A program made the position numbers and the translations under genes. The notes under the pieces are model-generated. The model made no database searches. It was not told the origin of the DNA and saw nothing but the letters and a program-made list of their open reading frames with translations. Of a stretch of 64,000 bases of DNA, positions 38,958-48,774 are shown piece after piece. Position 1 is the first letter of the stretch. Each line of letters opens with the position of its first letter. This DNA is from a virus. The stretch lies in IMG/VR virus record IMGVR_UViG_3300005253_000045, positions 1 through 64,000 of that record; one strand, given 5' to 3'.

Positions 38958-39181
38958 TATGATGCCTCCTTATCGCAGTTGTGTTCGCACCCACAGACTC
39001 GATTTGAATAGCTCAGACCGAAAGTAGCGCCGTCGCAATGACATGTGGGGCAGGTGTGTACTCTTGTTTCGGTGAACTTCTGGTCGTAGGTACAGTCGCC
39101 GCAGCAGTCGCCTTCGGCCTTGTGGCATACCGCGCAGCCGAAGCAGCTACCACAACCATCCCATCCAATGGCGTGGGGCAT
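38957..39181 (-). CDS. Cys-rich small protein (13 Cys in 74 aa)
   Basis: TAATG coupling on both sides. Confidence 0.6.
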   Translation of the reverse strand: MPHAIGWDGCGSCFGCAVCHKAEGDCCGDCTYDQKFTETRVHTCPTCHCDGATFGLSYSNRVCGCEHNCDKEAS

Positions 39182-40191
39182 TAGGAAGCCTCCTCTAAGT
39201 GACGCTGCACCTCTGCCTTTACCTTTGGCTCGAGGTCTCCGAGCTCCGCCAGCAGCTCGGGTATGGACATCTGGTCTGCGCGTATACCCTGGCCCAGGAG
39301 CTCGACGAAGTTGCTTATCTCATCTGCATCCACGCCCTCTAGCTCCACAGTGTCGTCGGGGCTACGCCGGCCGAACACTTCAAGGGCGGGGAGGACATCG
39401 GGAAGAGGTACCTCCTCAACCGACACCCCATCCTTGTCCACACCTACTAACAAAACCTCTATGGTTCGGGCGTAGCTGGCCAGGTCTCGGCGTGTGCGGG
39501 CCACACTGCCAGGGTTGGCGAAGACGGTAGTACCCACCTGCACCACGCCCAGAGACTCGTGGATATGCCCAGATACCAGCAAATTGTAGTCCTCGAGGCC
39601 CGGTATCTGGCTGACGTCAACAGTGGGGTACTGGCGGCTATCGCCTGGTGCTACAAGGGAGCCGTGGGCCAGGCCAATGACCGGGGCCTTCTGCCCGCGT
39701 ATCTTTTCGTGCTCCTCCTCAGTGAGGGCGTAGTAGGAGGGGTCAGTCACACCGGTGTGGACGCCTTCGGCAACAGCGTTGTAAGGCCGCGGGACAATCC
39801 AGAACTCAGGGTTACCGTCCTTCACCCCAAAGCCCTTCATCTCCATCAACAGTTCGATAGCCCCTGCCTTCTCCAGGGTTCCCAGAGGTTGCCGTGGGAG
39901 ACTATCGATACCCTCGGGGCCGTAGTCATGGTTCCCTGGAACGACATAGACGGGGCAGGGGAAAGCCTTGAAGGCGCCGATGAGCCGTTGCACGAGACCA
40001 TGGCTGACCCTATTGGGCTGCTTTACGTGGTAGATGTCACCTGTAAAGAAGGCATGTTCGACCTTGTGCTTCTTGCAGAGCGCGGTGATACTCTCTAGCT
40101 TACCCAGCATGGTCTCCATGTAGTCATCTACCCGACCGCTAGGGGCCTTGTCTGCAATGTGCAGGTCACCTGCAAAGAGGAGGTTCATCAC
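39181..40191 (-). CDS. Mre11/SbcD nuclease
   Basis: GDLH, GDIYH, GNHD, AHGS, GHIH, NPGS. Confidence 0.9.
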   Translation of the reverse strand: MMNLLFAGDLHIADKAPSGRVDDYMETMLGKLESITALCKKHKVEHAFFTGDIYHVKQPNRVSHGLVQRLIGAFKAFPCPVYVVPGNHDYGPEGIDSLPRQPLGTLEKAGAIELLMEMKGFGVKDGNPEFWIVPRPYNAVAEGVHTGVTDPSYYALTEEEHEKIRGQKAPVIGLAHGSLVAPGDSRQYPTVDVSQIPGLEDYNLLVSGHIHESLGVVQVGTTVFANPGSVARTRRDLASYARTIEVLLVGVDKDGVSVEEVPLPDVLPALEVFGRRSPDDTVELEGVDADEISNFVELLGQGIRADQMSIPELLAELGDLEPKVKAEVQRHLEEAS

Positions 40192-40375
40192 CCCACCAAC
40201 CTTGTCAGTGCCCAGAAGGCACTGCCGGCAAAGAGTCCCGCAAAGCTACCCCCAATAGCACGCTCCGTGATGTCCTTGAGATTGAGGTGTCCCCGCCATC
40301 GGAACGGCCCGAAGCGGCGCTCTGGGGGTATGTTAAATACGGAAGCTATGCCCTGACTGGTACATCTAGCGCACA

Positions 40376-41341
40376 TTACGCACACTCCTTATGGTCAAGG
40401 AGACCACCACACTTCTCGCAGACACCGGCCTCTTCGCAGGCCGCCGCATATTGCTCCTCAAAGCTCTCTAATGCTGCCTTATTGTCGCTTATCCTGCCCT
40501 TCAGCTCGTCGACAGAGCGCTGGGCATCCGGTAGGCGTCGAGTGATTTCCTGCACACTGGCCGCTCTCTCTAGGCCCGCGGCCGCAAGGTCAAGCTGTTC
40601 CCTCAGCGGGGCAACGTCGACCGCCACGGCCCGGGAGCGTACCTCCGCTATCAGGTCATCAAGCTCCTGGGCCCGGCGGACGAGGGTCATACTGTCTTCG
40701 ATTGTTTGGAGGTTCTCGGCTACTGTATCAGCTCGAGCCTCCAGTGCCTCGTAGTCTGGGATAGAGGCCAGGCCCGCCTCTACTCCATCGAGTTCTGATG
40801 ATGCTGTCTCGGCCTCCCTGTGCGCCTGGTCACGTTCCTTCTTGCACGCCATTTGAGCAGTAACAACAGTATCAAGCCGTGTCGCCTTACCCAGGATACG
40901 AGCACGCTTGCTGCCTGTCTCATAGATAATAAAAGGGGCATCAAACTGGTCGGAAAGTTGTGGTGTAATGTCACTAGTAGCATCGATGTTGATAAGACCG
41001 ACGCCGAGCACCGAGGCAATCTCCTCTGGTACATTACCTCCCGTCTTGGTGAACTCTTTCTCCCCAAGGCGATAGCAACCCCCCTGCTTCTGCTTCTTCC
41101 ACCATTCGATAACCGTACCGTCCTCTAGGGTGAGAGCTACCTCTGTCTGTTTCTCCCCATGGCGAATATCCTCGTCGCTGGCATCATTCAAACAGAGGGC
41201 GCGGAAGGCCCGGAGTATGGCGCTTTTTCCCGCATCACCAGGCCCCACCAAAACTGTGAGATGGCCCAACTCAATAGTAGCGTCAGCTACAGATTGGAAG
41301 TTTTTGACTGTGAGTGACTTGACGGGCGAGTAGCTAGGCAC
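40376..41341 (-). CDS. Rad50/SbcC N-terminal half ending at the Zn hook
   Basis: VKNFQS, Walker A GPGDAGKS, Q-loop SDQFDAPF, coiled coil, terminal CEKCGG. Confidence 0.85.
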   Translation of the reverse strand: MPSYSPVKSLTVKNFQSVADATIELGHLTVLVGPGDAGKSAILRAFRALCLNDASDEDIRHGEKQTEVALTLEDGTVIEWWKKQKQGGCYRLGEKEFTKTGGNVPEEIASVLGVGLINIDATSDITPQLSDQFDAPFIIYETGSKRARILGKATRLDTVVTAQMACKKERDQAHREAETASSELDGVEAGLASIPDYEALEARADTVAENLQTIEDSMTLVRRAQELDDLIAEVRSRAVAVDVAPLREQLDLAAAGLERAASVQEITRRLPDAQRSVDELKGRISDNKAALESFEEQYAAACEEAGVCEKCGGLLDHKECA

Positions 41342-42368
41342 TTGGGTGGCCCCCCTTCAAGATTTCCCCGAGGGCGTCTAGTATCTCAGGATGTTCCTCG
41401 AGCTGCGCCTCGAAGTCGTCGCGGCGGAAGGGTTTGTTCTTCTCCCCGAATCGATACCAGCCCCCCGAGTGGGTAATGGCGCCCCGCTCTTGCAGTACGT
41501 CTAGGGCAGACCCAAAGAAGTCGGGGCCAGTCGCATCATAGAAGTCAAACTGTCGGGAGAAATCCTTACGGGTACAGGTCTTACAGTCCGCCACGGTGCA
41601 GCCCGCTATCCGTGTATCAATCAGGGTGGCAAGGATGTGGTGACCAATAGGACTGGTTGGGTCATCCCCAAACTTAGTCTTCTCCTGAAGGCGGATGGTG
41701 GTCATGGCAGCGTGGCCCAACGGGTCTTCCCCCAACCAGCTAGGTGCAGGGGCGCCCCAGGCGCCCAGGTTAATCTTCTGGCGGGGCTGAGTGGTGACCA
41801 CCAGGGCGATACGCTGCCGGTTCACAAGGTTGCTCATGACCCGAAGTTCTCGCTTGATGAGAATGGCCTGGGCGCCTAGCCCCTGCTTCTTACCCTCAAC
41901 TTCCTTCGCCATGGGGGCTCCCGCTATGGAGTCCAGTACGATAACGATACTTTCATCGTCCGTAAACTCATTGCGTGCGGCATGAATCATTGCCTTCACT
42001 CCATCAAAGGCTTCCTCTAGCGTATCGGGTTGGGCAATGATGAGCTTATCGATGTTGACACCTAGCTTCTCCGCCCGGTCGAAGTTGAGCCGGCCTTCTG
42101 TGTCGAAGATAACGGCCTGGCCTCCCGTCGCCTGGGTCTCGGCCAGGATGTTCAGGCAGATGGTACTCTTCCCAGACCCGTAGGCTCCTATGAAGAGCGT
42201 GATGCCCCCCATAGGGATGCCCGGCTTACCAATGAGGTAGTCCAGGGTCGGGTTCCTCGTACTGACGTAACCTGTGGGTTCGGCGATGATAGGACCGTCC
42301 TTGCCCAACTGAACCGTCAGGTCAGCGTCCTCCTGGAGGCGTTTGACTACTGCCTTGGGGTCGGACAC
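41334..42368 (-). CDS. recA: RecA/UvsX recombinase
   Basis: STRNPTLD...GIPMG, GAYGSGKST, FDTEG, VLDSIA. Confidence 0.85.
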   Translation of the reverse strand: MSDPKAVVKRLQEDADLTVQLGKDGPIIAEPTGYVSTRNPTLDYLIGKPGIPMGGITLFIGAYGSGKSTICLNILAETQATGGQAVIFDTEGRLNFDRAEKLGVNIDKLIIAQPDTLEEAFDGVKAMIHAARNEFTDDESIVIVLDSIAGAPMAKEVEGKKQGLGAQAILIKRELRVMSNLVNRQRIALVVTTQPRQKINLGAWGAPAPSWLGEDPLGHAAMTTIRLQEKTKFGDDPTSPIGHHILATLIDTRIAGCTVADCKTCTRKDFSRQFDFYDATGPDFFGSALDVLQERGAITHSGGWYRFGEKNKPFRRDDFEAQLEEHPEILDALGEILKGGHPSA

Positions 42369-42371
42369 TGG

Positions 42372-43400
42372 CTACTCCTTAGCCTGGTTCTTACGAAGGC
42401 GGGCGATAGCGGCCGCCGGGTCACTCTTTGGGGGGATGGTCGAAGCACGGGCGTCGCCTTTTTCTTCCCCCTCATTGGAACCATCATCGATGACGGTGGA
42501 CTCCGGCGGGGCTGACTCCGGCTCGCCGCCCTCCTCCTCTTCTTCCTCTGCACCACCAAAGCGGTTCTGTTCGACCGGCGCCGTTGCAGTCTCGGTAATC
42601 TGAGGGGCTGCTGGCGGTGGCGCGATTGCCACGGCTCCTGTGGCGCGGCCTTCGATAGTAGCCATCATCTCTGTGGGCTCGAGGATTGTCACGACCTCTG
42701 TGAGATTGACCAATCCTTCCTCAAGCAACTTGCTGGTGCCGGGGAATGGACTTGGGTCGGCGACAGAGAACTTGAGATGCTGCACCTCATAGTCCCCCGA
42801 CGTCTCATCCTTGGCCTTAATGAGTAGGTCTCGGCCGGTCACGACATTCGAGATGTCCCCATACTTCCTGAAGAACTCGAACAGCGGGAGCTCACTCTCC
42901 TCGTCAGGGTCGTACTCAACACCTCGCCTACCGAGGAACTGAAGTTGGTTTAACCCCAGGAGATAGACCTTCGCCTCATCCTCGCCCTCTTTGATGACGA
43001 GCTCCCCCTTCTTGTCGATGTGTACGACGTTGAGGAACGTACGGATGGATGCGCGGAGCTGTCGTGACTCTGCCTCGGCGCCCGCGTCATGTAGCTCCCA
43101 GCGGAGAACACAGGCCGGGCACTCACCAATCTGGGCCTCCTTCAAGCACACCACTATGCGGTTGCTCGGGCCTAGGTAGTGGACGGGTACGATTTGGTAA
43201 GGGTTCTCCCACTCCGGGCGCTTCGGGCAGATGCGCCGGAAGTTGAGAATGTACTTCTTGGGGTCTGATTCCAGCTTATCCCAGGCCTTCCCGTCTGCCT
43301 GTAGCTCATTGATGAGCTTCTGGGTAGAATCCAAGTTTATCTCGGAATCCCATGCGCTCAGGTCGTTCACGACTTCTTGAGCCTTAGCCTTAGTTACCAC
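42372..43400 (-). CDS. Single-stranded DNA-binding protein (gp32-like)
   Basis: RICP...VHY...VC...CPAC, GRDLLIK, acidic C-terminal tail; between primase and RecA. Confidence 0.65.
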   Translation of the reverse strand: MVTKAKAQEVVNDLSAWDSEINLDSTQKLINELQADGKAWDKLESDPKKYILNFRRICPKRPEWENPYQIVPVHYLGPSNRIVVCLKEAQIGECPACVLRWELHDAGAEAESRQLRASIRTFLNVVHIDKKGELVIKEGEDEAKVYLLGLNQLQFLGRRGVEYDPDEESELPLFEFFRKYGDISNVVTGRDLLIKAKDETSGDYEVQHLKFSVADPSPFPGTSKLLEEGLVNLTEVVTILEPTEMMATIEGRATGAVAIAPPPAAPQITETATAPVEQNRFGGAEEEEEEGGEPESAPPESTVIDDGSNEGEEKGDARASTIPPKSDPAAAIARLRKNQAKE

Positions 43401-44367
43401 TATGTGCCTCCTTCATTGCCTCTATTCCAAGTTGATGGGTGACAGGACGCGCAGATTGTATTGCGTCCAAAATGTTCGTGTCTGTGGCCGAGTCCGGGTC
43501 GACGCCATCGGGTAGGTTTGCTATCTTCACGTCCAACATCGCCTCACTGAGGGCCTTAGCGTCCTTAATTGCCGCATCGCGTCCAGCATCATCGGCGTCT
43601 CTAAGAAGTACAACGTATCGGGGCTTCAAACGTTTCACTAGATTGCGTTGCAGCTCTGTGACGTGTGCGCCCAACGTAGCTACTGCCTCACCGTACCCCG
43701 CCCTCCACATCCGCATCGCATCGAAGACACCCTCGACAAGTATGATGTCTTGCCAGCGGCTCCTATGAGTGATGAGCTGGTCGTAACCAAACAGCGCCCG
43801 CTCTGCCTGACTACCGGCCGGCATCAATACCTTCTTCTTCGCGTCGTTCAACCATGAGCGGGCGACGAAGGTGCGCATCGCGCCCTGTGTAAACACGGGA
43901 ATGATAACCCTATGCTTGTAGTACCCCGTTAAGCAGAAGCCTATCCCCTCATACACCGCCCGAGTCAAGTCTACTCCCCGACTCTCAAGATACTGAGCCG
44001 CACTAGTGCCCCGACCAGCTAGGTCTGTGGTCAGCGGAAAGAACCCCTTAGGCAGGGAGACAGTCGCCGCCGGCGCCGGGCGGGAGACGATGAGACCAGG
44101 TACCTGCTTCTTCCCCGCCAGAAGGGACATCTCTGTGGGGTACGCCTCATTCGCCGGCATCTCGCAGACGTTGAGGAGGAGGTCACGGAGGCCACCACGT
44201 TCGTCACATTTGAAACACAACCACGCCCCTGTGTCCGCGGCGATGTAGAGCTTCCGCTCTTCGGAGAAGCATAGGGGGCAGGCAACTACCAGCTCCGTCT
44301 CGTTCTCCGCCAAGGCGACACTGAGGTCGTGGTCTTCTAGGATGTCAATGAGCGCCTTAGTGTTCAT
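43390..44367 (-). CDS. DNA primase (Zn finger + TOPRIM)
   Basis: CPLC...CFKC, RVIIPV, LVEGVFDA, DADDAG, DPD. Confidence 0.9.
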   Translation of the reverse strand: MNTKALIDILEDHDLSVALAENETELVVACPLCFSEERKLYIAADTGAWLCFKCDERGGLRDLLLNVCEMPANEAYPTEMSLLAGKKQVPGLIVSRPAPAATVSLPKGFFPLTTDLAGRGTSAAQYLESRGVDLTRAVYEGIGFCLTGYYKHRVIIPVFTQGAMRTFVARSWLNDAKKKVLMPAGSQAERALFGYDQLITHRSRWQDIILVEGVFDAMRMWRAGYGEAVATLGAHVTELQRNLVKRLKPRYVVLLRDADDAGRDAAIKDAKALSEAMLDVKIANLPDGVDPDSATDTNILDAIQSARPVTHQLGIEAMKEAHSGN

Positions 44368-44507
44368 GTGACTCGATTTCCGTATCGTCGTTCATGCTCG
44401 TCTAGGTCGTACGCCATAAATATAGCGCACACTTGTTCGTAGCCTATAATAACAGGGTGCTGGTCTTTCAGACGCCCACAACACTTGCACCATTTGGCGT
44501 ATCTCAT
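44364..44507 (-). CDS. 47-aa hypothetical protein (not in ORF track)
   Basis: MRYAKWCKCCGRLK...; ATGA overlaps with both the helicase stop and the primase start. Confidence 0.55.
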   Translation of the reverse strand: MRYAKWCKCCGRLKDQHPVIIGYEQVCAIFMAYDLDEHERRYGNRVT

Positions 44508-45907
44508 TCGTTAAAGTCATCGAACGACGGGTTGTAGGTGAAGCCAGGCCAACCTCTATTTCCCCTCCCGAACTTCGTAGTGTACCGAGACCACTGCCCC
44601 TTCGACCCATGGACAGTATCTTTCAAAATCCATAGCTTAACTACCGGCCCCAACGGGTCATCGCGTTCGTCGGGGGTCTGACTCATACCAAGGCAGAGGT
44701 GCGCCTTCTGGGCTTTAGCGAATGCGTCACCAATGTACTTGAGGCTAATCTTGGCCTTCTCTACAGCATCCTTATTGAGCTGCACGGTTGTCCAGACAGG
44801 ATAGCCTAGCCCCTGACAGACGTTGATACGAAGGTCTCGGTAGATTTCCTTGTACCCCTCGTAGGACTTAGAGTACTGACGGCTTGGGGACAGGTCATCG
44901 GCTGAGTCAAGTAGCACCAGGTCAATGTCCTCCGTCTCCAGCCGGCGCTCAAGGTCAGCGACAGTATGGATGTTGGAGCCATCATCGATGACAAGGGAGC
45001 CCTTGTCAATCTGCTTCTTCTCCCGGAAAGCCATCAAATCGTCGACGATAGTAGCTGGATTAAGTTCCTGCTTTGGTATCTCAAAGAGTCCGGTCAGGAT
45101 ACGCTCGGCGACTTGGGTCTTAGTCAACTCATACGTGAAGTACAGTACCCTCTTGTTGTGGAAGTAGGCCGATGCTGCGAGGTGGCAGAGGAGCATACTT
45201 TTTCCAAGATTAGTGTCGCCGGCCGCCAGAGCTAGTTCCCCCGGGTAGACCCCACCCTCCCAGGCCGCATCAATTCGTTCTATACCCGTAGGGCAGGCAT
45301 CCTCCTCTGTAGGCCGAGCCGCCAGCAGCTCCCCGAGACGTTCGTCTGCCAGACTGACGGGAGGTTCTGCCTCCGCCTCTCCCGTCACCTCCCGTAGGTT
45401 AAGGAGCTCGGTGAATGCCGACGTCCGGTCGCCGGCGACAAGGGCAGACCGCGCCCGGTCTAGTGCCATGCCGATGTGATAGTCCTGTATCCACTCCTCG
45501 GCCGCGGCCCATGCTGACTCCCGGCTTGAGTCAGTGATAGGGTAGGCCGCTGCGATGTCGCTGTATATCTTGAGGTACTCTTCATGGAGGTCGGGGTCTT
45601 CTACCCCGCTGTCCACCCAGTAGAGAAAAGCCGGGTAGTCCATGAGCTTCTTGTACAGGTCCCAGTGCTCTAGGGCCGCGGCTAACAGGAACCTCAGCGG
45701 GCCCCGGGATAGGGAGGAGGGCACGAGGGTACTCCTCCACTTCTCCAGGAATGTGGAGTCGGAGAGTACTAGGCTCATCGTCCAGAAGAGGCCAGTTATG
45801 AGGATACCCCCGGGGCATCGGCGCAGTACCAGCCGTAGCCACAGTGTTGTGGATGCGCCTTGCTTCGCTGTCGTCGCATCATTACGCTCTCGCTTGGTGT
45901 GCCACAT
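44504..45907 (-). CDS. DnaB-like replicative helicase (true start probably downstream, near 45779)
   Basis: PTGIERID...GG, GDTNLGKS, YFTYEL, LLDSADD, TTVQLNK. Confidence 0.85.
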   Translation of the reverse strand: MWHTKRERNDATTAKQGASTTLWLRLVLRRCPGGILITGLFWTMSLVLSDSTFLEKWRSTLVPSSLSRGPLRFLLAAALEHWDLYKKLMDYPAFLYWVDSGVEDPDLHEEYLKIYSDIAAAYPITDSSRESAWAAAEEWIQDYHIGMALDRARSALVAGDRTSAFTELLNLREVTGEAEAEPPVSLADERLGELLAARPTEEDACPTGIERIDAAWEGGVYPGELALAAGDTNLGKSMLLCHLAASAYFHNKRVLYFTYELTKTQVAERILTGLFEIPKQELNPATIVDDLMAFREKKQIDKGSLVIDDGSNIHTVADLERRLETEDIDLVLLDSADDLSPSRQYSKSYEGYKEIYRDLRINVCQGLGYPVWTTVQLNKDAVEKAKISLKYIGDAFAKAQKAHLCLGMSQTPDERDDPLGPVVKLWILKDTVHGSKGQWSRYTTKFGRGNRGWPGFTYNPSFDDFNE

Positions 45908-48334
45908 TTAGTACAGTTAGACACCTCCATAACAGCCCCACCTGTGTTAGGATAGTCAGTCATAGAGTGTTCGCTGCCATCGGGACATTTATAGTCTCGA
46001 ACAGGTGTTTTCGGTGGCAGGTCAGGCGTTTCGTTTCGCTCTGTACACGCATGTACATGAGATTGTAGCGCGTAGGCGTCGGCTAGTTCCATTACGTCCC
46101 CCCTGCTACCAGTACCAGTAACTTTGGTCACCGTTCTGTCCAGCGCCGCCCGCGCCTCTTCAATCTTGCTCATCGCGCCTCCCCCAATAGGCTCCCGCCC
46201 GATTGCTTCAGCTTGATGGAGAAAAAAATTAGGGAAGATTCGTAGTCCGTCGTTCGGAACTCCTCGCCATGGTCTAGGCGGCAGGCACGGGCCTGAGCCT
46301 TCAACTCACGCACAGTGTACTTCTTAAGAAGCTGCCTCGCTACCCGCATCTCAATAGCTGTCCGTGTGAAGGGTACCCCCATCTTCTCGCACTCCCCCGC
46401 CCAGATGTCGAGGAACTGGAGGTGTGGGGGCTGCTCTCCGGCCCCAGCCTCCGCCACAGCGACGTCCTCGCGGACCCTAAGGCTGAAGCGATGGCCTCCG
46501 TCTGAGACAGTAAGCGTCTTCACACTAGCTCTTCTTAGCTGCCTTGCGTGGCGGAGCCTTCGCCTTTTGGTAGGGGCAGGTACTGTGCTTCTCCCAATCA
46601 GACATCTCGCCGCAGTCGGCGCAGTATATGTGACTGTGTTCCTCTATTGAAGCGGTGTAGATGTCATCACCAGAGTCTTCATCCGCCTCCTGGAAGTAGA
46701 GGTCGGATACCCGGAAGTGCCGCCTGTCCGAGGGGAAGGTATCCCCCTCGGCCTGGACGGTGAAGATGATGTCTGCCTCGGGCTTACATACCAGGCAGTA
46801 GCCCTCATTCCGCCGGTCGGTTACAACAGATACGACATCCCCTGTACGGTCTGTGTAGACCACCACCGTAGGTACACTCGTTAGATACTCGAGTAGGAAG
46901 AGACCGCCGCATCCTGCACAGGATTTACTAGGCGGGGGGGCCGCGATGCCAGTGGGGATGTCACGATAAGAACTCAATGGCTCCGTGATGACAGCTTTTC
47001 TCTTGAGTGGGTTTTTCACGATGCAGTCCTCCTGCTAGTCTCTCAATGCTTGTTCAGTGTACTGTATTTGAGGTCGTCGCGCAAGTACTGCGGCCACATC
47101 AAAATCTCACGCGCTAGGTTGGTCAGTTGTAGTCCGAGCATTAGATGAAAGTCTATAGAAACCCAGACTAGATAGCAAAAGGGTTCATGTTACCAGTCCT
47201 CGCTACACTCTTTGTCCCGATGATTCATCATGCAGTGGTCGGAGCAGATGGGCGTGCCACACAGACATTCGTCTCCGTCGTCCTGGTAGTACTCATCACC
47301 ACACCACCCACAAAGCACTCTGATGTCCTCCTCTGCTCGATGCCATTGAAGTATAACCGTTGGCTCAAACAGGGCGCCAGGCTTATCCCGGCCGCTACAG
47401 CGAGCGAAGCCTTTCTCCTCTAGCGCCCTGAGGGTCACCAACGGCTCTTGTAGCTGGTAGGCAGTCTGCCCCCGCTTCCCGAGCTTGGCCAGTACACGCT
47501 TCTGTGCCTTTGTGAGCTGCATTAGTCCTCCTCCTCTATCCTCAACGTTGTAGCATGGAAAACATTACCCATAGCGTAGTCTCCTTGCTGCCTGGCGGAG
47601 GATGAGAGCCCCGGACAGTAGCATTGGCTTCTCATCCTCCCGAGCATGGTACTCACGGGCTCCAGCCCACACCTCTAGCGTAGTAGCTAGCTCATCTGAT
47701 GTGAGGTCTCTACCAAGGCTGATGTGTGCGGCTTGGTCTAGGGTCAGCACAGTGGCTTGAGCACTCATGGGCAGCAGATGAGGGGGCAGTTGTCGCAGGC
47801 GGCGCAGCAGTGGTTGCAGCCCTCATACAGGCACAGCCAATCGTAAGGACATCCAAACAGGCGATGCCATAGTCTTCTCATCATACCTTCACCTCCAGTA
47901 CTGCTGTTCCCTTCACGAATGCCTTAGGATGGAGTAACGCCCACCAACGCCTCCAAGCCCTGTTATGGCCCTTGCTAGGGCGAGACTGCACATCGTTTTG
48001 GGCCTGCTGCGGTGTAAGGACTTCTGACGTCTGGCTGTGCGGGGGTCAAAGTGTTTCATGGGGCCCCCCATACTAGGAACCCTGTTCCAAAGCCTAGTAT
48101 CCACATGAATACGCCTAAGGTAAGGGTTAGCTGTCCGTCGTCGTCCATTCAGTCTCCCTCCTTGTCTAAGGCATTCTCGAATCTCTCTATCCATTCAGAC
48201 ATGAAGCGTTGGTGTTGGGCCAGGGCTTCAGTTAGGAATGAGCTGGAGTGACGCATAGTCTCGGCGGACGCCTGTATGGAGCTGGCGGCATTCCTAACCT
48301 GCTCTGCTCCAACTAGGTGAACGAAGTTCTCCAT
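45796..48334 (-). other. Cluster of small hypothetical genes (45796-46173, 46170-46523, 46525-47019, 47190-47522, 47565-47768, 47765-47884, 48149-48334), several Cys-rich
   Basis: Co-oriented, SD sites, stop/start overlaps. Confidence 0.55.
47056..47084 (-). promoter_or_regulatory. Sigma70 promoter for the replication operon
   Basis: TTGCGC-17-TACACT on the - strand, upstream of SD AGGAGG for 47019. Confidence 0.55.
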
Positions 48335-48466
48335 CTGTCCTCCTTTATCTGTTGTGGGTTACTCGTGGTTTCCCGCGTCTTTCTGAGCCTAATGACGAGT
48401 GAGTGACTGGGGGTTATAGGGCTACTATACAAGCTCTCTCACACTCAACACCCCCACTAAAGCAAA

Positions 48467-48492
48467 GTCACCCACAATATATTGTGGGTGAC
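48467..48492. promoter_or_regulatory. Perfect 26-bp palindrome GTCACCCACAATATATTGTGGGTGAC
   Basis: Perfect inverted repeat; on the - strand followed by TTTGCTTT (terminator-like); near-identical copy at 4625. Confidence 0.65.
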
Positions 48493-48495
48493 ACC

Positions 48496-48774
48496 CTATT
48501 GTATGGTACACCCGTATTTCCTGCGCTCTGCTGTACGCATACGGTGGCAGTTGGAGCAGACTAGCTCGCATTTCTCGAGCTCCTCTGCTATCTCCTTCCA
48601 AGACGCTATGGGCAGCATCCTTCCGATTGCCTCTCGCTTTCCCCACATATGGTCGAAGTCGAATACCTCTGGGTAGCCTGGGAAGGTAGCCCCACAGTCT
48701 TTACAGGAGCCTCCCATTACTTCCACGGCCATTTTCTTTCGGCGCTGTCGTTTTTGAGTTAGGGTCTCTTCCAT
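48496..48774 (-). CDS. Small HNH endonuclease
   Basis: GGSCKDCG...FDFDH...KCELVCSNCHRMRT. Confidence 0.8.
   Translation of the reverse strand: MEETLTQKRQRRKKMAVEVMGGSCKDCGATFPGYPEVFDFDHMWGKREAIGRMLPIASWKEIAEELEKCELVCSNCHRMRTAERRKYGCTIQ

Noticed and set aside
44445-44450. + strand TATAAT as an antisense promoter
   Set aside because: Lies within a coupled 47-aa - strand gene and has no -35 box or TG extension
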